DNA of 32,000 nucleotides from Desulfotalea psychrophila LSv54 (GCF_000025945.1 NC_006138.1:630001-662000), one strand, 5' to 3'. Shown: positions 1-9,603, counted from the stretch's first letter. Notes: generated by a model from the sequence alone, not told the origin. Numbers and translations are program-made.

Positions 1-2
1 GC

Positions 3-431
3 GAATTTTCCCTGCTCTCAGAACAGCGAAAGGGCGCTTTGGCCTTCCAACTTGGCAAAAAAATACGCACTGACCTTGACAAGAACCTCGGTATCGACCT
101 TAACCTGCGAAGATCTCTCCGTCAGGAGATGACAACCCTTCTGGTCAATCTGCCTCTCTTTATCATGCATGACAATGGCAAGGATTGGCCTAAGTGGTTA
201 CAAAAGAAGAGCTACTTCCCAAGATGCCTCCTCTTTTATAACTGCTACAAAAATACCCTCAGCCAGGAAGAGGCGGAGCTTATCGACATCCCTGCAGAGC
301 CCATGCCTGCCGCAGAAGAACAGTCCAGCGCTCCTACTCCACCACCGGCTAAAGGCAAAAAAAATTCGAAGGATAAAACTGCCCTTTCATCCTCCAGACC
401 GGGCGGAATTTTCGGCTTTAAAAAAGATTAA
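3..431 (+). CDS. 3' end of a hypothetical protein (partial, frame open to the left window edge)
   Basis: Frame 3 has no stop from base 3 to the TAA at 429-431. The listed ORF start at 39 is a TTG, so the gene probably starts upstream of the window. The C-terminal ~45 aa are a low-complexity Pro/Ala/Lys/Ser tail (PAEPMPAAEEQSSAPTPPPAKGKKNSKDK). No family recognised. Confidence 0.4.
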   Translation, partial: EFSLLSEQRKGALAFQLGKKIRTDLDKNLGIDLNLRRSLRQEMTTLLVNLPLFIMHDNGKDWPKWLQKKSYFPRCLLFYNCYKNTLSQEEAELIDIPAEPMPAAEEQSSAPTPPPAKGKKNSKDKTALSSSRPGGIFGFKKD

Positions 432-474
432 TTTCCCATAGCAGCAAACTAGCCGAACAATCGCCAGATTACTG

Positions 475-503
475 CCTTCTAACTGTAGCATACAGTTAGA
501 AGG
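475..503 (+). terminator. Perfect 13-bp stem / 3-nt loop hairpin downstream of the partial ORF (terminator-like, no U-tract)
   Basis: ccttctaactgta (475-487), gca loop, tacagttagaagg (491-503) are exact reverse complements. It lies 44 nt after the stop at 431. No T-run follows, so intrinsic-terminator function is uncertain. Confidence 0.35.
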
Positions 504-758
504 ACAGATGAGCTAAGTATCAAAAAAACTTGTGTCTTTTCATAAAAAATACTTGTCGAACAGGTCCCAATTAAGTACCCTCAGTTATTTACCGAAAAAA
601 GATCTTTTCTTTACATCTAGTAGATTTTGCTGCTATTTTGCGCATTGCTAAGCTCCATCCACTCATGAGGCACAGCAAGGTGTTGATTTTTTATAGACTT
701 TTTTTGTTCATATTTATCGGTTTAAATAATACCCGATACAATCGCGCCTAGCGCACAA

Positions 759-770
759 TTGTTGCAACAA
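759..770. promoter_or_regulatory. Perfect 12-bp palindrome TTGTTGCAACAA abutting the hydrogenase RBS (candidate operator or translational hairpin)
   Basis: TTGTTGCAACAA is its own reverse complement. It ends 4 nt before the AGGAGG (775-780) that precedes the small-subunit ATG at 786. Confidence 0.3.
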
Positions 771-785
771 CAATAGGAGGTTGAT

Positions 786-1880
786 ATGGCAGACACGGTA
801 AACACAACTATGAATCCAAAGCTTAATCGGCGTGGATTCCTGAAAGGATGTACGATGGTCGCAGCCGCATTGGGGCTTTCCGATGCGATGATTCCCAAAT
901 TGGTAGAAGCCGCCTCTTCGGGCCAAAGACCACGGGTTATCTGGCTCCACTTCCAAGAATGCACAGGATGTACCGAAAGTCTCCTCCGGGCATCTCACCC
1001 CGATCTCGCCCGTTTAATCCTTGACGTTATCTCCCTTGATTACCACGAAACGGTTATGGCAGCAGCCGGTTATCAGGCCGAGGCTAACCTGCACGACACC
1101 GTTGATAACCACCCCTTCATCCTTATTGTTGAAGGGGCTATCCCAGTAAAAGACAATGGAATTTACTGTAAAATCGGCGGTAGAACAGCACTGGAAATTC
1201 TTGGTGAGGTTGCACCGAAGGCCACGGCGATCATTGCCATTGGTACCTGTGCCACTTCCGGTGGTATCCAGGCCGCATCTCCCAACCCCACCGGAGCCGT
1301 TGGCGTTGAGGACCTTCCTGAGTTGACAGGCAATGTACCCATTGTCAACATCCCGGGATGCCCACCAAACCCCGTTAATCTATTAGGTACAATCCTTTAT
1401 TATCTTACCTTCAAGAGACTTCCTGCTCTCGATAGCCAAAAAAGACCTCTCTTTGCCTACGGACGAAGAATTCACGATCAATGTGAACGCCGTGGCCACT
1501 TTGACGAGGGTCGTTTTGCTGAAAAGTTCGGTGATAAGTTTCACCAGATGGGCTATTGCCTCTACAAGGTCGGCTGTAAAGGCCCTGAGACCTTCGCTAA
1601 CTGTCCAACAGCACGCTTTAACGATGTTGGTGTCTGGCCAGTAAGCATTGGCCATGGTTGCATCGGTTGTACCGAGAAAAATTTCTGGGATACCATGACT
1701 CCGTTCTACGAAAGATTACCCAACGTAAAGATCCCCGGCACCGGTATCGTGGCCGATGCAGATAAGATCGGCAAGGTGCTGGTTGGTGCTACTGCCGTCG
1801 GTGTTGCAGCCCACGCCGCAATCGGAATTGGCAAACGCCTTATCAAGGGTAAGCCGAAAGAGAAGGAAGACAAGGAGTAG
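786..1880 (+). CDS. [NiFe] hydrogenase small subunit, Tat-exported, with C-terminal membrane anchor
   Basis: Strong RBS AGGAGG 6 nt upstream. Twin-arginine signal NRRGFLKGCTMVAAALG. Fe-S ligand motifs FQECTGCTES, GTCATSGG, GCPPNP, CLYKVGCKGP, GHGCIGC. Hydrophobic C-terminal helix VLVGATAVGVAAHAAIGIG. Confidence 0.95.
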   Translation: MADTVNTTMNPKLNRRGFLKGCTMVAAALGLSDAMIPKLVEAASSGQRPRVIWLHFQECTGCTESLLRASHPDLARLILDVISLDYHETVMAAAGYQAEANLHDTVDNHPFILIVEGAIPVKDNGIYCKIGGRTALEILGEVAPKATAIIAIGTCATSGGIQAASPNPTGAVGVEDLPELTGNVPIVNIPGCPPNPVNLLGTILYYLTFKRLPALDSQKRPLFAYGRRIHDQCERRGHFDEGRFAEKFGDKFHQMGYCLYKVGCKGPETFANCPTARFNDVGVWPVSIGHGCIGCTEKNFWDTMTPFYERLPNVKIPGTGIVADADKIGKVLVGATAVGVAAHAAIGIGKRLIKGKPKEKEDKE

Positions 1881-1959
1881 GGTCTTTTTAAGAATCAATA
1901 TACCCGCCAGGAGCGATACTCCCGGCATGGTGTTCATATAATTTTCGGAGGTTTTACGT

Positions 1960-3660
1960 ATGGCTCAGCGAATTACCATTGATCCTATTACTCGGATCGA
2001 AGGTCACTTAAGAGTAGATATTGAAGTTGACGGTGGAAAAGTAACCAAGGCCTGGTCTTCTGGACAGATGTACCGCGGAATTGAGAATATCCTCAAAGGC
2101 CGTGACCCACGTGATGCATGGATGTTTGTCCAACGTATTTGCGGTGTGTGTACCACTGTTCATGGACTTGCCTCTGTTCGCGCCGTTGAAGATGCTCTAC
2201 AACTCCCAATCCCCCTTAATGCCCAACTCGTTCGAAATATGGTTCAGGCTATTCACTGCCTGCAAGACCATATTGTCCATTTTTACACCCTCTCTGCCCT
2301 CGACTGGGTTGATGTTGTTTCCGCACTTGATGCTGATCCGGTAAAGACAGCAGCACTTGCTGAAACCCTCTCTAACTGGCCAGGTAACAGTGCTAAACGT
2401 TTCTCTGCTGTAAAAGACAAGCTCAAAGGACTTGTGGCCAGTGGCCAGCTTGGACCCTTTGCCAACGCATACTGGGGCCACCCAGCGATGAAACTGCCAC
2501 CCGAAGCCAATCTCATGGCAGTTTCTCACTACCTTGAAGCCCTGGATTACCAACGCAAGGCCACTCAGGCACTTGGTATTATCGGTGGCAAAAATCCTCA
2601 TGTCCAGAACCTCTGTGTTGGCGGAATTGCCAACAACCTCAACCAGGACAACGAGACTGGTCTCACCATGGAGCGTCTCTACTTCATCAAACAGCTCATT
2701 GAAGAGGTACGTGACTTTATCAAGATGGTCTACCAAAGCGACGTTGCCGCCATTGGCGCTCTCTATAAGGAATGGATCCCATATGGCGCCGGAGTAACCA
2801 ACTATATGGCAGCGCCCGATATGTTCACCGACGTCGAGGGCACCAAGGGCGATCTTCCAGGTGGAACCATCTTTAATGCTGACCTGTCCACGGTTAAACC
2901 CTTTACCACCATCTCTGATTCATACTTTAAAGAGAATGTTGAAGAGTCTATTGCCCGAGCTTGGTATGACGGTGACTGGTCTAAAAACCCATTTGAAGAG
3001 GATACTGATCCCAAGTATACCGACTTTCAAGACGAAGGACGCTACTCCTGGATGAAGGCTCCACGTTTCCAAGGAAAGCCAATGCAGGTTGGTCCTCTTG
3101 CCCAGGTACTTGTCGGCTATGCCCAGGGGCATGAGCTTACCGTAAAGGCGGCCAATGACTTCCTGGGCCGTCTCAACTCTGTAGCAGGCACTAATCTTGG
3201 CCCAGAGATTCTTCATGGAACCATTGGCCGCCATGCTGGTCGTGCTATCCGAGCAGGTATGATGGCAGATCTTGCCCTGAAGCATTGGGATCTACTGGTA
3301 AACAATCTTGCCACCGGTGATTACGAAATATTTAATCAACCTGTCTTCCCTAAGGGCGAACAGCGCGGTGTTGGTATCCATGAAGCTCCACGCGGTATTC
3401 TTTCCCACTGGATTATTATTCAGGATGGCAAGATCAAAAACTACCAGGCCGTTGTACCTTCAACCTGGAACGCAGGTCCGCGCGATGGCCAGGGACAACC
3501 AGGACCATACGAGGCATCCCTTGTGGGTAACCCTATTGCCGAGCCAGAAAAGCCTCTTGAGGTTCTTCGTACCGTTCACTCATTTGATCCATGTATTGCC
3601 TGTGCTGTACATATGCTAGATCCGGAAGGTAAAGAAGTTATCAAGGTTAAAGCCCTCTAG
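1960..3660 (+). CDS. [NiFe] hydrogenase large (catalytic) subunit
   Basis: RBS GGAGG upstream. N-terminal Ni-Fe ligand motif RICGVCTTVH and C-terminal DPCIACAVH, followed by a 15-aa extension (MLDPEGKEVIKVKAL) of the kind removed by the maturation endopeptidase. Cys, not Sec, at the active-site positions. Confidence 0.96.
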   Translation: MAQRITIDPITRIEGHLRVDIEVDGGKVTKAWSSGQMYRGIENILKGRDPRDAWMFVQRICGVCTTVHGLASVRAVEDALQLPIPLNAQLVRNMVQAIHCLQDHIVHFYTLSALDWVDVVSALDADPVKTAALAETLSNWPGNSAKRFSAVKDKLKGLVASGQLGPFANAYWGHPAMKLPPEANLMAVSHYLEALDYQRKATQALGIIGGKNPHVQNLCVGGIANNLNQDNETGLTMERLYFIKQLIEEVRDFIKMVYQSDVAAIGALYKEWIPYGAGVTNYMAAPDMFTDVEGTKGDLPGGTIFNADLSTVKPFTTISDSYFKENVEESIARAWYDGDWSKNPFEEDTDPKYTDFQDEGRYSWMKAPRFQGKPMQVGPLAQVLVGYAQGHELTVKAANDFLGRLNSVAGTNLGPEILHGTIGRHAGRAIRAGMMADLALKHWDLLVNNLATGDYEIFNQPVFPKGEQRGVGIHEAPRGILSHWIIIQDGKIKNYQAVVPSTWNAGPRDGQGQPGPYEASLVGNPIAEPEKPLEVLRTVHSFDPCIACAVHMLDPEGKEVIKVKAL

Positions 3661-3718
3661 CAGGAGACTTTTCACCCAAACTTTTTTTATCCGGTAACAC
3701 CATATGGAGGTAAACCAA

Positions 3719-4363
3719 ATGGCATTATATGAAAAAAAATATTGTTGGAGTCTGTTGCTCCGCATATGGCACTGGACGTTCGCATTATCGATTGTTGCAC
3801 TAGTCATCACTGGCTTTTATATTCACTTCCCCTGGACCAACACCCTGATAGAGGGAAGCGCCAGCTGGCCCATGGCCCGGGCCAGATTTATCCACTTTGT
3901 CGCAGGCTATGCCTTTTCCTGTGCCATTTTTCTCCGAGCCTACCTGTACATTTTTGGTAATACTCAGGAACGGATAAGCGACATACTACCAATCAACAAG
4001 AGAAACATCAAAAACCTAGGCGAAACGCTCTTACTGTACACCTATACCACCGATGAGCATAACGGGCGTTTTGGTCACAATGTCTTGGCTGGAAGCTCTT
4101 ATCTGCTCACCTTTTGTGCAGCAATTGCCATGATCGGCACGGGATTCTTCCTCCTCTTTCCAGAGGTGGGATTTATTTCAAGTTGGGGCGGAGCTCTCTT
4201 CCAAACCCAGGCAACGGCTCGCTTCGTCCATCACATTATAATGTGGTGGTTTATGATCTTTGCTGTCATCCATCTCTACCTCTGTATATGGAATGATATT
4301 CGCTTCCCGGAAGGCTTGATCTCTTCAATCTTCACGGGCGTAAAATTCACCCATAAGAAGTAG
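3719..4363 (+). CDS. Ni/Fe-hydrogenase b-type cytochrome subunit (HyaC/HydC-like membrane anchor)
   Basis: Four predicted TM helices with conserved His positions (RIWHW, FIHF, VHHIIMWW). It sits immediately after the large subunit. The ORF opens at 3704, but the ATG at 3719 has GGAGG (3706-3710) at good spacing. Confidence 0.85.
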   Translation: MALYEKKYCWSLLLRIWHWTFALSIVALVITGFYIHFPWTNTLIEGSASWPMARARFIHFVAGYAFSCAIFLRAYLYIFGNTQERISDILPINKRNIKNLGETLLLYTYTTDEHNGRFGHNVLAGSSYLLTFCAAIAMIGTGFFLLFPEVGFISSWGGALFQTQATARFVHHIIMWWFMIFAVIHLYLCIWNDIRFPEGLISSIFTGVKFTHKK

Positions 4364-4366
4364 AAC

Positions 4367-6715
4367 ATGAAAGGCGTCGAAATTTTTATCCGCGGCACTG
4401 TCCAAGGAGTAGGGTTTCGACCCTTTATCTACAATCTGGCTCGCCAACATGGACTTTCGGGTACGGTATGCAACACCGGTGACGGTGTTGCCATCCATAC
4501 CTCCTGTTCCAAGGAGGAGCTTGAGGCCTTTATAGGGGCGGTGCGCAGCAAGGCACCACCCCTGTCCCGCATCCAATCCATTGAACACGGCCCCAAAGAG
4601 ATAGAGATAGAAGATGGCAGATTTACCATCAGCAAGAGTTCCGGCACCAGTTCTGCCGATGCATCCATTCCCCCCGATATTGCCCTCTGTGCTGACTGCC
4701 TGAGTGAAATGCAGGACCCAAACGACCCACGCTTTGCCTATCCCTTTATCAACTGTACCAACTGTGGTCCACGCTTCACCATCGTTGAAAAAATCCCCTA
4801 CGACAGACAACAGACATCCATGAAGGTCTTTCCCATGTGCGAGGCCTGCACCCGGGATTATGAAGATCCGGGCAATAGACGTTTCCATGCCCAACCCAAT
4901 GCCTGTCCCCTCTGCGGCCCACAGGTTTCCTGGCATGATCAGGCAGGAAATAAAATAGAGACAAAATCTCCCTTAACAGATACAGCCGTAGCCCTCGCCG
5001 CCAACAAACTTGTGGCCATCCGTGGCCTTGGAGGTTTTCATCTCTCCTGTAATGCCCTGGAAGAAAAGGCCGTGGCCCAGCTCAGAGAACGCAAGAGACG
5101 CCCCCACAAGCCTCTGGCCATCATGGTTCAGAGCATCGATATTGCAAAAAAATACTGTTTTATCAGTGAACAGGAAATAGCTTTACTGAGCTCCATTGAA
5201 CATCCCATTGTCCTCCTGCAAAAACGCCCTGACACGGATCTGGCCCAAGGACTTGCCCCCCATATCACCGAACTGGGGATCATGCTGGCCTACACCCCGC
5301 TGCACCACCTCCTCTTTCAGGAGAGCACCTGCCCCCAAGCCCTGGTGATGACCTCGGGTAATAGCAGCGGCACCCCGATCTGCACCGGTAATGCGGAGGC
5401 CATTGACCGCCTTGGCCCCATTGTTGACAACTTTCTTCTCCACAACCGGGACATCGTAACAAGGATAGATGACTCAGTGACACGCGTCAGCGGGAAAAAA
5501 CCACTGATACTGCGCAGGGCCCGGGGCTATGTCCCCTCTCCCATTCACTGCAAGTGGACCCTCCCCGCCACCATTGGTTGCGGCGGTGGACTCAAGTCCA
5601 CCTTCTGCCTGGGGAAAAAGAACAGCCTCTTTACCAGCCAGCACATCGGAGATCTCTCCAACCTTGAATCCTACGATTTTTTTCAGGAATCCATTGAACA
5701 CCTGAAGAAGGTTTTTGATATAGAACCAGAAATTGCCGTCTGTGACCTCCACCCGGACTACCTCTCGACCCACTATGCCAAGGCACTGGGCATCCCCCTC
5801 TATCAAGTGCAACATCATCATGCCCATGCAACCGCCGTTATGGCGGAACACGGCCTTAAGGATCCCGTCATCGCCATCATCCTCGATGGCACCGGCTACG
5901 GCGACGACGGTACCAGTTGGGGTGGCGAAATCCTCCAGGCCGACCTCACCAGCTTTACCCGCTTGGCCCACCTGAGCCATCTCCGCCTGCCGGGAGGAGA
6001 TAAGGCAGCAACAGAACCATGGCGAATGGGCATCTCCGCCCTGCACAGCCTCTATGGAGATGGCCTGAGCGACAAAAACATACCCACAGCGCTCCGACAA
6101 ATAGAGAGGGACAAGAGAGAGCCCCTCCTCTCAATGCTGAACAATAACTTCAATAGCCCCCTCACCTCAAGTTGTGGTCGCCTCTTTGATACAGTCTCCT
6201 CCCTATTGGGTATTTGTCAGAAGATGAGCTACGAGGGACAGGCTGCCATGGAACTGGAGGACAGGGCTCGAAGATGCCTGAACTCTACCTGGAAAAACGA
6301 TTTAATTTCAGAGGATTACGACCAGTTCCCTTTTCTCCTTGACGACAGGGGGATAACGTGGGAAATTAACTCATTACAGCTCATTAAAACAGTTCTTGAT
6401 GATATCCAGATGGGCAAAAAAACTCCTGAAATTGCACTTCGATTTCACCTTTTGCTTATCAAAAACATAACAGCCTTGACCCTACAACTCTGCACGCAAA
6501 CGGGCCTCAACCAGGTCGTACTCTCCGGCGGCTGTATGCAAAATGCCATCATTCTGGAAGGGCTACGCCATACCATGGCTACACACAATATATCGGTCTT
6601 CACAGGAGAGAATATCCCCATCAACGACGGTGGTATCTCCCTCGGCCAGACTATAACAGGAGGTCTGCAACATGTGTCTCGCAATTCCCATGAGGGTAAC
6701 CAAGGTAGAGGGTGA
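4367..6715 (+). CDS. hypF: Carbamoyltransferase HypF
   Basis: 782 aa. N-terminal acylphosphatase-like segment (RGTVQGVGFRPF), two Zn-finger pairs (CADC...CTNCGPRFT and CEAC...CPLCGP), then YrdC-like and Kae1-like regions. It starts 4 nt after the cytochrome b stop. Confidence 0.95.
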   Translation: MKGVEIFIRGTVQGVGFRPFIYNLARQHGLSGTVCNTGDGVAIHTSCSKEELEAFIGAVRSKAPPLSRIQSIEHGPKEIEIEDGRFTISKSSGTSSADASIPPDIALCADCLSEMQDPNDPRFAYPFINCTNCGPRFTIVEKIPYDRQQTSMKVFPMCEACTRDYEDPGNRRFHAQPNACPLCGPQVSWHDQAGNKIETKSPLTDTAVALAANKLVAIRGLGGFHLSCNALEEKAVAQLRERKRRPHKPLAIMVQSIDIAKKYCFISEQEIALLSSIEHPIVLLQKRPDTDLAQGLAPHITELGIMLAYTPLHHLLFQESTCPQALVMTSGNSSGTPICTGNAEAIDRLGPIVDNFLLHNRDIVTRIDDSVTRVSGKKPLILRRARGYVPSPIHCKWTLPATIGCGGGLKSTFCLGKKNSLFTSQHIGDLSNLESYDFFQESIEHLKKVFDIEPEIAVCDLHPDYLSTHYAKALGIPLYQVQHHHAHATAVMAEHGLKDPVIAIILDGTGYGDDGTSWGGEILQADLTSFTRLAHLSHLRLPGGDKAATEPWRMGISALHSLYGDGLSDKNIPTALRQIERDKREPLLSMLNNNFNSPLTSSCGRLFDTVSSLLGICQKMSYEGQAAMELEDRARRCLNSTWKNDLISEDYDQFPFLLDDRGITWEINSLQLIKTVLDDIQMGKKTPEIALRFHLLLIKNITALTLQLCTQTGLNQVVLSGGCMQNAIILEGLRHTMATHNISVFTGENIPINDGGISLGQTITGGLQHVSRNSHEGNQGRG

Positions 6716-6944
6716 TCCCGATGACTTTACAACCAATCAAATCGCAACGGTGGATGTCGACGGTATAAGCAAAGAGATTCGCCTTGATATAGTAGATCAC
6801 TGGCCCAGTATAGGTGACTATCTCATCATCCATGCAGGCTTTGCCATCCACAGCCTTGAACCAAAGGAGGCAGAAAGGAACCTGGAATTGCTCCGCGAAC
6901 TCGCAGCAAGCACCCCAGACGAACTCCTCTACAAAATACCATGA
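6672..6944 (+). CDS. hypC: Hydrogenase assembly chaperone HypC/HupF
   Basis: 90 aa with the hallmark MCLAIP N-terminus (Cys2). RBS AGGAGG upstream. Overlaps the hypF 3' end by 44 nt and hypD by ATGA. Confidence 0.9.
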   Translation: MCLAIPMRVTKVEGDPDDFTTNQIATVDVDGISKEIRLDIVDHWPSIGDYLIIHAGFAIHSLEPKEAERNLELLRELAASTPDELLYKIP

Positions 6945-8029
6945 AACATATTGACGAATATCGAGACGCCAAGCTCGCCAAACCACTGGTCGCCGAGCTC
7001 AGAAGGTCAGTAACCAAGCCCCTGCGCATAATGGAAGTCTGTGGCTCCCACACCATGTCAATTTTTCGCAACGGTATCCGTTCAATCCTACCCGAGGGAA
7101 TGGAGTTGCTGTCGGGCCCCGGATGTCCCGTTTGCGTTACCTCTGCCGCCCATATGGATGCCTTTATCTCCATAGCCGAAAGAGATGGGGTACGGGTCGC
7201 CATCTTCGGTGATCTCTTCCGGGTACCGGGAAGCCAAGGGTCGCTAGCCAACGCCAGTTCCCGCGGGGCCAAGGTAGACATTGTCTACTCACCCATGGAC
7301 GCCCTGGAAATTGCCAAGAACAATCCAGACGAACTGGTGGTCTTTCTCGGCGTTGGTTTTGAAACAACCACCCCGACAATTGCCGCCACCATCATGGCGG
7401 CCAAGATACAAAAGATTAAGAATTTTGCTGTTTTTTCCACCCAAAAAACAATGCCTGCCCCCCTGATTGCCCTGCTTCAGGACCCCGAACTCAAAATCGA
7501 CGGTCTGCTCTGCCCCGGCCATGTTTCTGCCATTATCGGCTCAGAGGTCTACGAACCCCTGGCCCGGGACTATAATCTTGCCTGTGTGGTTGCCGGTTTT
7601 GAAACCGCTGACATCCTTGGCAGCCTCATCCAACTGGCCAGACAGGTAAACGCAGGCGAGTTCAAGGTAGAAAACTGCTACAACAGGGTAGTATGCAAAG
7701 ATGGCAATCCACGTGCACGAGCCATGGTCGAACGCATCTTTGAGCCCTGCGATATGCAGTGGCGCGGCCTTGGCATGATTCCGGAAAGTGGTTTGAAAAT
7801 CCGGGAAGAATATGGTGAGTTTGATGCAGAGAGACGTTTAGAGATAGAGCTAACAGAAGTAGCGGAGCCCAAGGGTTGTCTCTGTGGAGAAATACTTAAG
7901 GGCCAGACCATCCCCCCACGCTGCCCTCTCTTCAACAAAGGTTGTACGCCAATGAACCCGGTGGGTCCCTGCATGGTTAGTAGCGAAGGCACATGTGCCG
8001 CCTATTACAAATATGGCCAGGACCTGTAG
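6941..8029 (+). CDS. hypD: Hydrogenase maturation Fe-S protein HypD
   Basis: 362 aa with motifs GPGCPVCVT, GFETTTPT and LLCPGHVSAIIG, and a C-terminal Cys cluster. The start overlaps the hypC stop (ATGA). Confidence 0.95.
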   Translation: MKHIDEYRDAKLAKPLVAELRRSVTKPLRIMEVCGSHTMSIFRNGIRSILPEGMELLSGPGCPVCVTSAAHMDAFISIAERDGVRVAIFGDLFRVPGSQGSLANASSRGAKVDIVYSPMDALEIAKNNPDELVVFLGVGFETTTPTIAATIMAAKIQKIKNFAVFSTQKTMPAPLIALLQDPELKIDGLLCPGHVSAIIGSEVYEPLARDYNLACVVAGFETADILGSLIQLARQVNAGEFKVENCYNRVVCKDGNPRARAMVERIFEPCDMQWRGLGMIPESGLKIREEYGEFDAERRLEIELTEVAEPKGCLCGEILKGQTIPPRCPLFNKGCTPMNPVGPCMVSSEGTCAAYYKYGQDL

Positions 8030-8060
8030 CCCTGGGCTAAAAATATCAAAGAGAGAAAAT

Positions 8061-9077
8061 ATGTCCGATAAGAAAGTACTTCTCGACCACGGCAGTGGTG
8101 GCCTTGCCAGCCAGGAACTTATTGAAAACCTGTTTATTAAACATCTTGACAATCCCATTCTCCGTAATCTGGAAGACAGCGCTATTCTGGAAAACAAACC
8201 TGGCAATATTGCCTTTACCACGGACAGTTATGTGGTTGACCCACTCTTTTTCCCCGGTGGCGATATCGGCAAACTGGCCGTCCATGGTACCATCAACGAC
8301 CTGGCCATGCGGGGCGCAGAACCACAGGGACTCAGCCTGGGACTGATCCTGGAAGAGGGCTTTTCCCTCGATGAACTCGAACGGGTAATCATCTCCGTGG
8401 CCGAGGCCTGCCGCGAGGCAGATGTCTATGTGGTCACCGGTGACACCAAGGTGGTTCCCAGAGGCAAGGCCGACAAGATATTTATCAACACCGCAGGCGT
8501 TGGTATTGTCGATCCTAAGCTGCAAATTTCGTCAAAAAAAGCACGAGCTGGGGATAGTATCATTCTCTCCGGTAGCATGGGCGACCATGGTATCACCATC
8601 ATGAGTAAGCAGGCGGGAATCGCCATTGATGGCAACCTCCGAAGCGACACCATGGCCCTGCACAAGATGGTGGCAAAGCTCTTAGCCGAATTGCCTGCCG
8701 GTAGCATCCACACCCTGCGTGACCCGACCCGGGGTGGAGTGGCAACTACCCTCAATGAAATTGCTGGCAACAGTAAGCTTGAAATCGAGCTCATTGAAGA
8801 GTCTCTCCCCATAAGGGCAAACGTTCGGGCAGCCTGTGAAATGCTGGGACTTGACCCGCTCTATCTTGCCAATGAGGGAAAATGCCTCATTATTGTCTCC
8901 CCCGAGCAGACAGAGCTAGCCCTGCAAATTCTCCACAAGACAAAAGAGGGTCAGGAGGCTGTTGTCATTGGCAGCCTCAAAGAGGGCAAAGCTGGCCGCG
9001 TATTGGTAACAACACCAATCGGTGGGGCCAGGGTTGTTACGCCACTCCACGGCGAGCCTCTCCCCAGAATTTGCTAA
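8061..9077 (+). CDS. hypE: Hydrogenase maturation carbamoyl dehydratase HypE
   Basis: AIR-synthase-like sequence ending in the diagnostic C-terminal PRIC. The ORF opens at 7995, but the ATG at 8061 (MSDKKVLLDHGSGG) matches the usual HypE N-terminus and does not overlap hypD. Confidence 0.93.
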   Translation: MSDKKVLLDHGSGGLASQELIENLFIKHLDNPILRNLEDSAILENKPGNIAFTTDSYVVDPLFFPGGDIGKLAVHGTINDLAMRGAEPQGLSLGLILEEGFSLDELERVIISVAEACREADVYVVTGDTKVVPRGKADKIFINTAGVGIVDPKLQISSKKARAGDSIILSGSMGDHGITIMSKQAGIAIDGNLRSDTMALHKMVAKLLAELPAGSIHTLRDPTRGGVATTLNEIAGNSKLEIELIEESLPIRANVRAACEMLGLDPLYLANEGKCLIIVSPEQTELALQILHKTKEGQEAVVIGSLKEGKAGRVLVTTPIGGARVVTPLHGEPLPRIC

Positions 9078-9107
9078 CAGCGATAAAACACTATAAATAG
9101 GGATCCT

Positions 9108-9590
9108 ATGAAAAAAATTGGTATCGCCGGTATCGGCAACTTGATTTTGCGAGATGAAGGTTTTGGTGTTCATACGGTTAAATATCTCATAGATAACTAT
9201 ATCTTCCCCGATAATGTCGAGATCCAGGACATAGGCACTGCCGGCATCTTTATGGCTCCTTTCTTGGAAGAGTGCGACCCGGTTTTTGTCATTGATGTGG
9301 TTGATATCGAAGGAGAACCAGGATCCTTTCACTATTATGATCTCGGCGATGTAAAGGCGGGGAAATTCCAAACCCGCATGTCCCCGCACCAGCTGGGACT
9401 TCTCGAAATACTTGAGGTATGCAAGCTCCGTGATGCAGCCCCGGAACATATAGAATTTTATACAGTTATCCCCAGTGAGCTCACCGAGAGTGTGGAACTG
9501 TCAGAGATAGTCGCTGGACGTATGGTAGAGGTTGCCGAAATGATCGTTACCCGCCTTACGGAAATGGGCGTCAACGTGGAAAAACGTTAA
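9108..9590 (+). CDS. Hydrogenase maturation endopeptidase (HyaD/HybD/HupD family)
   Basis: 160 aa. N-terminal IGIAGIGNLILRDEGFGVH resembles the GxGNxxxxDDGxG motif of large-subunit C-terminal processing proteases. Context lies inside the hyp cluster. Confidence 0.88.
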   Translation: MKKIGIAGIGNLILRDEGFGVHTVKYLIDNYIFPDNVEIQDIGTAGIFMAPFLEECDPVFVIDVVDIEGEPGSFHYYDLGDVKAGKFQTRMSPHQLGLLEILEVCKLRDAAPEHIEFYTVIPSELTESVELSEIVAGRMVEVAEMIVTRLTEMGVNVEKR

Positions 9591-9603
9591 CCAGGGGTTA
9601 AAC

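Noticed and set aside
665-751. 28-codon ORF (MRHSKVLIFYRLFLFIFIGLNNTRYNRA) in the hydrogenase upstream region, which could be read as a hydrophobic leader peptide
   Set aside because: There is no RBS. The hydrophobicity simply reflects T-runs in an AT-rich promoter region. Nothing ties it to an attenuation structure.
4325-6100. Long minus-strand ORFs (4325-4936, 203 aa; 5474-6100, 208 aa) antisense to hypF
   Set aside because: They are fully embedded antisense to a gene with unmistakable HypF motifs. Their translations are low-complexity (Gly/Ala/Arg-rich), with no RBS and no recognisable domains. They look like typical mirror-frame artefacts.
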